This document shows, piece after piece, positions 39,549 through 48,269 of a DNA stretch of 64,000 bases. The position numbers were made by a program, and so were the translations under genes. Each line of letters begins with the position of its first letter. The stretch's first letter is position 1. The stretch spans positions 2,496,001 to 2,560,000 of the forward strand of contig CBDFMQ010000002.1 in assembly GCA_965249725.1 (NCBI GenBank), in the 5' to 3' direction. Below the pieces are notes generated by a model. It saw only the letters and a program-made list of their open reading frames with translations, made no database searches and was not told the origin of the DNA. The DNA is from Longimicrobiales bacterium (GTDB taxonomy: Bacteria; Gemmatimonadota; Gemmatimonadetes; Longimicrobiales; Gaopeijiaceae).

Positions 39549-40897
39549 CCGAGGGCGCCGGGCTGACCCGCGAGACCTTCACGTCCCGGCTGGGGCTTGT
39601 GGCCACCATGATCGGTGTGGCCGTGGGGCTCGGGAACGTGTGGCGGTTCCCCTACATGGTGGGGCGTTTCGGCGGAGCGGCGTTCGTGCTGGTCTACCTG
39701 CTACTCGCACTTCTGATCGGGATTCCGGCGCTGATGGCCGAGTGGTCCCTCGGCCGCCACACACGCCGCGGCAGCGTCGGCGCCTTCGCCCAGGCCGGCC
39801 TCCCGGCGGGAAGGGCCCTCGGCTGGTTCTTCTTCTTCGCGGTCACCGCAGCGAACGGCTACTACAGCACGGCCATCGGGTGGGTTCTGTATCACGGCGT
39901 AGGGGAGGCCGCGGCGTTGGTCGGAATGCCCTTCGACGCATCAGGGGTCCTTCCTCCCGAGGCGGGATTCAGTCCAAGGTCGTTGGGACTGCAGCTGCTG
40001 TGCACCTCTACCGTCGTACTTGCCTGTGTCGTGGTGTTGGTGAGGGGACTCAGGTCGGGAATCGAGCGTGCCAGCTCGGTGATCACCCCCCTGCTCTTCG
40101 TGATCCTCATCATTCTGGTCGTGCGCGGGCTGACGCTGCCCGGAGCAGAAGAAGGGGTCCAGTGGTTTCTGTTCAAGTTCGAGTTGAGCGACTTGAACGC
40201 GGCCGTGGTTCTTGCAGCGCTGGGCCAGGTAGTCTTCTCTTTGGCGCTGGGCGGCACCTTCATGGTTGTGTACGGATCGTACCTGAATGAAAGCGACGCC
40301 CTCGGGTCGAACGCCATTCTCACGGTCCTGGGCGACACCGGAGCGGGCCTCCTCGCCGGGCTGGCCATCTTCCCGGCGGTCTTCGCGCTGGGCCTCGAGC
40401 CTGGAAGCGGTCCGGGGCTCATCTTCGCGACCCTTCCCCAGGTCTTCTCCGGCATGCCCGCGGGACACCTCTTCGGCCTCCTTTTCTTCGTCGCGCTGGG
40501 CAGCGCCGCCTACCTGAGCGCGGTGGCGGCTTTCGAGGTGCTGGTCGCCGGTCTGACCGACAACACGGACATGGACCGGAGCCGCGCCGTCTGGCTCGTG
40601 GCAGGCAGCGTCGTCCTCTTGGCGATCCCGCCGATGATCAACCTCAAGATCTTCATTCCCTGGGATCTCACGTTCGGGACGGGCTTCCAGACGGTCGGAG
40701 CACTCGCCGCAGCGGTGACCGTCGGATGGGCGCTGAAGCGAGGTGACGCGCTGAAACAGCTGGCGGGTGACCGGGCGGACGAGAGGCTGTTCAGATGGCT
40801 CTACTTCTGGATCCGCTTCGTCGTCCCGGGAGCCATTCTGGCCGTGGGCACCTGGTGGGTGCTCACGGAAGTGCTCGGTGTCGTGGGCGGCGTCTAA
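39545..40897 (+). CDS. Sodium-dependent transporter, NSS/SNF family
   Basis: SRLGLVATMIGVAVGLGNVWRFPY..GGAAF, QVVFSLALG, YGSYL, GPGLIF; GTG start overlaps the upstream TGA. Confidence 0.9.
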   Translation: MTEGAGLTRETFTSRLGLVATMIGVAVGLGNVWRFPYMVGRFGGAAFVLVYLLLALLIGIPALMAEWSLGRHTRRGSVGAFAQAGLPAGRALGWFFFFAVTAANGYYSTAIGWVLYHGVGEAAALVGMPFDASGVLPPEAGFSPRSLGLQLLCTSTVVLACVVVLVRGLRSGIERASSVITPLLFVILIILVVRGLTLPGAEEGVQWFLFKFELSDLNAAVVLAALGQVVFSLALGGTFMVVYGSYLNESDALGSNAILTVLGDTGAGLLAGLAIFPAVFALGLEPGSGPGLIFATLPQVFSGMPAGHLFGLLFFVALGSAAYLSAVAAFEVLVAGLTDNTDMDRSRAVWLVAGSVVLLAIPPMINLKIFIPWDLTFGTGFQTVGALAAAVTVGWALKRGDALKQLAGDRADERLFRWLYFWIRFVVPGAILAVGTWWVLTEVLGVVGGV

Positions 40898-41868
40898 GGA
40901 CCGCCGGCCATCCAGCGGTAGATCCCTCGGACATTGAGAGAGAACCACGCGTCGTACTGGCCCCAGTGGCTGAACTCGGGCAAGCGGATCTCCTCAGCGG
41001 CTCTGTCTTCCGACCATCCTGCTTCGATCGCGGCTCTGACCTCGGATCGAAGCTGATCGTAGTAGGCGATCTGGCGACGGATGGAGCTTCGGTCCCCGGA
41101 CGGGCCGTGCCCGAAGACCATGGTCTCGAAGTCGATCTCCAGGAGTCCGGTGAGGGATTCGAAGAAATCAGGAAAGACCCAGGACCCCATGTCCTGATAG
41201 CCGACACGATCGTGGGACACGAAGTCCACGGCGAACGCCACCTGTACGTCCGGAACGAAGACGACCGTCGAGTTGTCGGTGTGGTTGGCCCCGACGTAGT
41301 GGAGCTCGATGTCCCGGCCACCCAGGTTGAAGGACATGAACTCTTGGTATGTGACCGTGGGCACGGGAAGGTCGGGGCTACCGGCCGCAGCAATGGGCGC
41401 GGCCGCGTTGCGGTGCGCCAGAATCGGCACAGTCTGACCCATCTCGCCCATGAGGGCCGGAGCGCCCGTCGCGTGGTCGGCGTCCTTATGGCTATAGACA
41501 ATGGCCACCAGCGGAGCGCCGGGTGCCACCTTCTCGATCTCCCTGGCGTACTGCGTCGCCGCCTCCGGAGAGATCGGGTCGACGGCCACGACACCGGCCG
41601 GGGTGACGATGAAGAACCCGTTGTGTCCCTGCCACCGATACTGATAGACCCCATCGGCGACGCGGGTCGTCTCGTAGTCCGGGGTCTGTGCCTCGACAGC
41701 GCGTGCACCGACCGCCAGGGCGCCGACCGCCAGGGGACCGACCGCGAAGGGACCAAGCGCCATCGGCCCGAACGCGACCAGCGAACCAGCCACGAACCCG
41801 GCCAAGGACCACATCGTCTTCGACCGCAGGGAACCGCATGTGACTCGTCTCATGGAAGTGGTCCTCAT
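40894..41868 (-). CDS. Exported metallo-beta-lactamase-fold hydrolase
   Basis: VAVDP, YSHKDADHATG (variant HxHxDH), NHTDN, FAVD, VFGHG; signal region with GPxAV repeats; ATG overlaps the upstream TGA. Confidence 0.8.
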   Translation of the reverse strand: MRTTSMRRVTCGSLRSKTMWSLAGFVAGSLVAFGPMALGPFAVGPLAVGALAVGARAVEAQTPDYETTRVADGVYQYRWQGHNGFFIVTPAGVVAVDPISPEAATQYAREIEKVAPGAPLVAIVYSHKDADHATGAPALMGEMGQTVPILAHRNAAAPIAAAGSPDLPVPTVTYQEFMSFNLGGRDIELHYVGANHTDNSTVVFVPDVQVAFAVDFVSHDRVGYQDMGSWVFPDFFESLTGLLEIDFETMVFGHGPSGDRSSIRRQIAYYDQLRSEVRAAIEAGWSEDRAAEEIRLPEFSHWGQYDAWFSLNVRGIYRWMAGGP

Positions 41869-42602
41869 GGAATGGTGGGCAGCATGGCGCCGCTGTCTAA
41901 CAGGTCCGTGGCTATCGTCGCATCGAGGGCGAAGACGAGCACGAACCCTCCGACGCCCAGGATCAGAGCGATCATGAACACAGTGTAGGATATCCGAAGC
42001 AGCTGAAATTTCTTCTTGAGCACCTGACCGAGTCCGTACAGATCCCTCACCATGTTGATGTAGAGATGGTCGGGCGTCAGCATCAGGTCCTTCATGCCTT
42101 CCACGAAGTCGCCCTCGGAAAGGTTCACGAAGTTGCCGAAGAAGAGGATGTTGGCGTCGTTGCGATCGATGTCCTCCAGCGTGAGCGGCTGGCTACTGAC
42201 TCTGGGGCGCGCCGCCAGGACCGCGAAGACCAGGGCGGCAAGGCAGCCCAGAAGCAGAATGCTCACGGGCAGGACCAGGAGCGGCAGGCCCCCGATACGC
42301 GGTGCCAGCGCGGCGAGTGTGATCGAGATGATCAGACCGTTCACGCTGATCATGATATTGGCCTTGCTGTCGGCCAGGCCGACCAGATCCTGGTGGACCC
42401 GGTAGCTGGTCCGGAACATCGTCTCGATGCCACGCGACGATCCGAGAGATGTCGGCTTGTTCTTCTTCTTCTTGCCCTTCTTGGCGCCGTCCGCCACGGG
42501 GGCCTCTCCTCCACCGCCAGGGACTCCCGCGGACACGTCCGCCTCGACGCCCTCGCTGGCGGCCTCCGTGGCGTCTCTCGGTTCGTTCTGCTCTAAGTCC
42601 AT
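41865..42602 (-). CDS. Pycsar-effector-like membrane protein (DUF5706)
   Basis: RGIETMFRT..H..L..LADSKANIMISVNGLIIS, FAVLAARP, NILFFGNF, DLYGLGQVLKKKFQLLRISYTVFM; ~3 TM segments. Confidence 0.82.
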   Translation of the reverse strand: MDLEQNEPRDATEAASEGVEADVSAGVPGGGGEAPVADGAKKGKKKKNKPTSLGSSRGIETMFRTSYRVHQDLVGLADSKANIMISVNGLIISITLAALAPRIGGLPLLVLPVSILLLGCLAALVFAVLAARPRVSSQPLTLEDIDRNDANILFFGNFVNLSEGDFVEGMKDLMLTPDHLYINMVRDLYGLGQVLKKKFQLLRISYTVFMIALILGVGGFVLVFALDATIATDLLDSGAMLPTIP

Positions 42603-42618
42603 GCGTTCTCACTCTGGC

Positions 42619-44767
42619 TCAACGGGATCGGACCTCCCCCAACAGTTCTTCCAAGTACCGGTACGTGTCAATCTGGCTGCGCACGGACAACGCTCCGTCG
42701 GCGGTCACGAATCGGTTGCTCTGCTCCGCGTCGATCATCCGGGCCTTGGTGTTGTCGGCGAGCTGAAGGCCCAACACGTGCTTTAGCTGGGCCTTAACGT
42801 CGGGATCATAGATCGGAAACGCGACCTCGACCCTTCGGTTCAGATTGCGGGTCATCCAATCGGCCGAGGCCAAATACAGCCGCTCGGCACCCGCTGCGTT
42901 GAACAGGTAGATGCGCGAGTGCTCCAGGAATCGGTCTACGATGCTACGGCCGGAGATCGTTTCGCTGAGGTCGTCCACCCCCGGGCGGAGGCAACAGATA
43001 CCTCGAATCAAGAGCTGAACCGGGACACCCGCGGCACTGGCCTCGTAGAGCCGGTCGATCATGCCACTGTCCTGGAGGCTATTCATTTTGGCGGTGATTC
43101 CCGAGGCTCGCCCGGCCCGTGCCTCGTCGATCTCGGCCTCGATGAGCGCGTTGAAGCGGTCCCTCAGGTGATGGGGCGCCACGAGGAGGTGCTCAAAGTG
43201 AGGCTCCACGTCCTCGCCGCCGAGAATGCGGAACACGCAACGCACCTCTTTCGTGAGCCTCTCGTCGGCGGTCATGAGCCCGTGGTCCGAGTAGATGAGT
43301 GCGGTGTTCTCATTGAAGTTGCCCGTGGGCCAGGAGCGCGTAGTACCGGTTGGCGTCACCCTCGCGTCGCTGGATGAGCGCCAGCTTGGCGTGCACCTTG
43401 ATCCCCTGCCGGCCATAGAAGGTGCGCACCCCGGCGCGCTCCATCCGCTCGGCCCACTCCAGGTTGAGCTCTTCATCGAAGCGCGCCTGAACCTCGACGA
43501 AGGCCGACACGTCCTTGCCGTTCCGGGCGGCCTCGATGAGGGCTTCGACGACCGCGGAATCCCGGGCGACCCGATACAGCGAAATCCAGATGGCGTTCAC
43601 GCCGGGATCGGCCGCCGCCGCCTCGATAAAACGCACGACACGGTCATACGACTGGTACGGGAAGTGCAGCAACCGGTCCCGCTCCGAGACGGCTTCGAAC
43701 AGGTTCGTGGCACTGTCCAGCGCCGGATGGCCCAGCGGGGGGAGTGGCGGATCCTCATGCTCGGGCGCGTCACCCGCCGGGAATCCGAACAGGTCGTGTA
43801 GGTTGTGGTAGCGCCCTCCCAGGATCAGGTCCTCATCCCGGATTCCGAGGCCGACTTTCACACGGTTCATTATCACATGAGGGAGTCGCATGTCGTAGAG
43901 GAAGCGGATCGGGATCCCCGTGTCGCGCTTCTTCAGGCTCTTCCTGATCGCCTCCTTGAGCCCCTGGTCGAACTCGTCGTCGAGATGCAGGTCGGCGTCC
44001 CGGGATACCTTGACCGCGTATGCCCCAGCCACGACCTGGTCCGGGAATACGCTCGGGAGGTTGTGTCGGATGATGTCGTCGAGGAATACGACGTAGCACC
44101 GGTCACCGGTGACCGGAATGGAGAGGAACCTCGGGAGGGGCGGACTCGGGACCTCCACGAGCCCCAACCTCGGTCCGGAGGATCCCACTCTTATGTCCTG
44201 GCTGGGCTGGAGCTCTACGACCAGGTAGACCGTGTGGTCCTTCAGGAAGACCCCCTCTCCACCCTCCTCCAGATACGTAGGCTTCAGGAGGGGCCCGACG
44301 TGCTCGACGAAGTAGTCCTCAAGGGTCGAGTGGTACTCCTCAGGTAGTCCGACCTCGTCGACGAGGTCGATTCCCGCCTCGTTCAGCGCTGGGAGGATCT
44401 GCTCTCGGAAGGCGGCCCCGAATCGTTCCTGCTGTGCGAGCGCGACGTCGTGGATCTCGCGGAGTAGGCGCGAAGGGTTCAAGCGGCGCTTCTTGCCCTT
44501 CTTATTCTTGATTGAGAGAAGGGCCCTGAGCGACGCCACTCGTACACGAAAGAACTCGTCCAGATTGGACGAGAAGATGGCGAGGAACTTGAGGCGCTCG
44601 AAGAGCGGAACCGCCGGGTTCTCCGCCTCTTGGAGCACCCGCTCGTTGAAGGAGAGCCAACTCAGCTCACGGTTGACGTAGCGCTCGCCGGTGGAGTCAA
44701 CGCCCAACCCCGCCTCGGTCGGATCCTCCTCCGCCACGAGGGCGCTCGGAGTGGTGCGATCCGTCAC
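42619..44767 (-). CDS. ppk1: Polyphosphate kinase 1, split by a +1 frameshift at ~43328
   Basis: YVNRELSWLSFNERVL, FLAIFSSNLDEFFRVRVA, ARFDEE.N, KVHAKL in one frame; TGNFNE.TA.IYSD, KMNSL, RGICCL, VDRFLEHSR, SADWMTRNLNRRVE in the other. Removing one G from GGG 43327-43329 restores YALLATGNFNE. Confidence 0.92.
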
Positions 44768-44769
44768 CT

Positions 44770-47505
44770 TCAGAAGGAGAATCCGAGGCCCCCGAGGAGT
44801 CGGGTCGAGTCGTCGGACTGAGCCACGGTTACCGAGATGAGAGGCGTGTGTTGCCGTAGGAACGAGAACCACACGCCGCCGCCGTAGGCCCAACGCCAGA
44901 GGTCTGAGTCCTCACCCTCGAGGTACACGCGCCCCACGTCGACCATTCCGTGGACTCCGACCTGTCCCGGAAGAGGGCTACTCAGCGCACCCAGGCGCAG
45001 CCGCAGCTCACTCTTCGCGAAGACCATGGCGTCGCCGGCGTAGCGGTCATCCGCCGCACCTCGGAAGTTCTCCGCACCGCCAAGATAAGCCGCGCTGAGA
45101 TAGGGATAGTCGCCCCACAGCTTCTCACCGCCCACCTCGAGCGCGAGGACGGGTGACATGGGCATGGTCGCCTGCAGGAAGACCTCCGCAGAACCCGCCA
45201 CGCTCCCGTAGTCGGACCGCAGCTCCGAGAACTCCGGGAAGTACGTGGCCTCTACCTGAATGCGAGCGCCCTTGGTCGGAAACCAGGCGTGGTCACGAGC
45301 ATCCCAATCGATCCCCGTCTCGATCCCGAACTGGAACAGGTCCGAGAACCCGTACGGACTCTCCTGGGCAATGAGCCGTCCCTCGTTCTTCGACTGCGAA
45401 TGCAGATCGAGTTCGAACAAAGCTCCGCCTGTCAGGACCACGTCGCCCGACGTCCAACTGAGTTCCGATTCGAAGGTCAGAGCCTGGCGATCGACCTGGT
45501 AGAAGTCGAGATCATCCGAATCCGACTGGACGGTCTCGTTCCCTAAACCGAAGAATCGGTACCGGTCGGCCCCCTGGTATCGCGCGCGTGCCTCGCCGCG
45601 AAGCCTACCCACGGGAAAACTCGCGCGCAGCTCCACGAGCGGAAGCTGAGTCGCCGTCCCGATCCCGACCGTATAGCCCACCGAGCTACCGTACGGGTAC
45701 TGGCGAAAGGCGAAGCTTCGCCGGTTCGCACCCATCTCACCGTATACGCCCTTCCTCCCGCCGATCTCGAAGAACGGGAAGTACGTCCACGCGTGACCCC
45801 AGTCCCGGGGAGGTGCTCCATAGCTCTCGACCACGTCGGGAGCATCGTAGTCGTACTCGTGAACCGATGTGTTCCGCCCCCGGGTGATCTCGTTGTTCCC
45901 GCGATCATCGTGGAACTCGACTCGCCCCGAACCACCGGTCTCGTCGAGGAGTACATCGGCCCGGCCGCCTCCTACGATACGGAGGGTCACCCGCGCATCG
46001 GCGTCGCCCCGCACCACAGCCCGGTCCTGCTCACCCAAGAGGTAGAGCCGCACATCTTCGGTTTCTGAGCCGAGGAAGGTCCGATCGTAGTATGCGTCTC
46101 CCCTGGGCTGTTCGTCGCTGTCCTTTTCCCAGAGCCGGACGCGCACCCGGTCTCCCTCCAACCACTCTACGAGGGCGTACTCCTCCTCGTCGGTTCCGTA
46201 CACGTCCACGTTGCGCACGAGGAGGTCGTAGAACGCACGCGCCTGGACCATCAGGTTATCGCGGCGCTGGGTCAGGGCGCCCAACATGAACTCCCCCACC
46301 CGATCGTAGTACGGAGCGGGCATGCGCCTCACCGCATCCCGAATCACATCGTCGTTCAGCCTCTGTTGGAGGTCGGAGGCGATGGCCTGCCACATGCTCC
46401 ATTCGAGGCCGGTGAGGAACTTCCGGTCCAGGGCTCGGCCGGACCAGGTGATCTCGATGGCCGATGGGTAGTCCTCCTCGAAGCCTACCAGGTGGCGCGC
46501 CACGCTGGGAGAGATGCTCTTGAACCACTTCAGGAGGAGGCCGTCCAGCCTCGTCAGAGCCCAGTCCCGATCTCTGGGCACGGGCCTGAAGACGAGGACA
46601 CCGTCGTTCTCGAAACCGGCCCAACGCCACTGGTCGGGGTGCCGGTCCCAGTCCCCCACGAACATGTCCAGCAGTCGAGCGCGCAAGAAATCCTCCGCGT
46701 CGACGCGGTTGTCCGGGTCCTCTTCCAGTCGCTCGAAGAGGCGATCGGAGCTGATGACCCGAGTGGACCCCGCGAAGCCCGGCTCGCCGTTCTCTCCCTC
46801 GTCGGGCCGCTCTTCGATGAACCCCAGGAGTCCGGCGAATTCCTGCTGGAACTCACCCAGGCGAGGCTCGTCGGGCATGACCACGAGTGTCGGGTCGGGA
46901 TGCAAGACCCCCGCAGCCTCGAGGAGCGGGGCAACCACGATGGCAGACATGGGGAAAATGGCAGAGATCTGGTCCTGCTGTGCCCACGCGACGAACGTCT
47001 CCTGCAGCAGCGGGTCTAGACCCCGAGCTGCGTCCTTGTCGATCGAGCGGAAGTTGTAGAGGACCCCGTCCTCCCCGCGCATCCTCAAGGATGAGGTCTG
47101 CTTCCCTCCGCCCCGCCGCACCACCGTGAGTCCGCCGGCGTAGTCATCGAAGTCGAGTACCTGCGCTCTGACGGGAATCCGCCAGAGCTCCCGCCAGCCA
47201 TGCCCCATCATGGCGGCGCGCCACGGGTGCGCATCGTAACTCCGCCCCGCCGCACCACCGTGAGTCCGCCGGCGTAGTCATCGAAGTCGAGTACCTGCGC
47301 TCTGACGGGAATCCGCCAGAGCTCCCGCCAGCCATGCCCCATCATGGCGGCGCGCCACGGGTGCGCATCGTAACTCATGCGCGGAGTCGCGAGCACCGAG
47401 TCTCCTCCCGAAGGCGTCTGCGCCGCCCGGGGCCGGCCCAGTCAGCAAGGCCAGGCCGAGCAACACGAGCCCCAGCCGGCTCAGTGCCGTTGGCGAGAGG
47501 ATCAT
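44770..47505 (-). CDS. Outer-membrane Omp85/BamA-TamA-like barrel fused to an N-terminal atypical kinase-like domain; 5' end disrupted as assembled
   Basis: Signal peptide from ATG 47505; GGGKQT loop, DWDRHPDQ and PRDRD motifs; C-terminal strands with LGGAENFRG..DRYAGD and terminal GLGFSF. Interrupted by an extra base near 47427 and a 134-bp duplication. Confidence 0.75.
47106..47373. repeat. Exact 134-bp tandem duplication
   Basis: 47106-47239 equals 47240-47373, with CTC microhomology at the junction. Confidence 0.93.
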
Positions 47506-47669
47506 CGTTGGCTCCGTTGGAATACGGGGTGGAGAGGCGGTGTGCATCGGGACGAGAGGTGTCGATCTAGTAATGGCCATCGGCCCCACACGGGGCAAGC
47601 GTCCTTGTTGCGTGCCGCTTCCTTGTCGATCTTCGGTCGATCTGCGACTACTCTCAAAAAGCACAGGCG

Positions 47670-48194
47670 ATGCTGAACGTTCCACACACGCGGCTCTTGG
47701 CAGTCCTACTGGCGGTTTTCCTGCTGGCTGTGCCACGTCAGGCTCTATCGCAAGACGGGGCCACGGTGGTGTACCTCGTTAGGCACGCCGAGAAAGTCGA
47801 CGACTCCAAGAACCCTCCCCTTTCGGCGGCCGGCCGTGAGCGGGCGGCGCTTCTGGCGAACATGCTGCGCGACGCGGGACTCACACACCTGCACAGCACC
47901 GATCTGGAGCGCACGCGAGACACGGCGGCGCCAGTCGCAGCCCAGCTGGACCTCGAGATTCACTTCTACGATCAGCGTGATCTGCCGGGATTCGCCGAAC
48001 GACTCCGCGCCACACCCGGACGGCATCTGGTGAGTGGTCATTCGGACACCACCCCGACGATGGTGAGGCTGCTCGGGGGTGAGACGTCCGACATCGCCGA
48101 TCCGGAGTACGACCGCCTCTATGTGCTCACGCTCGAGCCGGGCGGGCAGGCGACGACCGTACTGATCCGCTTCGGGGCATCCTCCGGAGGCTGA
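47670..48194 (+). CDS. Exported histidine phosphatase (SixA/PGM-like)
   Basis: Signal peptide, YLVRHAEK, LSAAGRERA, STDLERTRDTA, VSGHSDT. Confidence 0.88.
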   Translation: MLNVPHTRLLAVLLAVFLLAVPRQALSQDGATVVYLVRHAEKVDDSKNPPLSAAGRERAALLANMLRDAGLTHLHSTDLERTRDTAAPVAAQLDLEIHFYDQRDLPGFAERLRATPGRHLVSGHSDTTPTMVRLLGGETSDIADPEYDRLYVLTLEPGGQATTVLIRFGASSGG

Positions 48195-48269
48195 TCGGCC
48201 CGAAGGAACCACGCTCGTGCCCCGTAGTGTAGGCTAAACGCGCGTGGAAGAACCCTCACCGAGACCCAC

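Noticed and set aside
41865..42602. Complete Pycsar anti-phage system
   Set aside because: No nucleotide cyclase gene is adjacent or elsewhere in the window.
47278..47280. In-frame TGA as selenocysteine or programmed readthrough
   Set aside because: It lies in an out-of-frame reading of the duplicated segment; an indel plus duplication explains it more simply.
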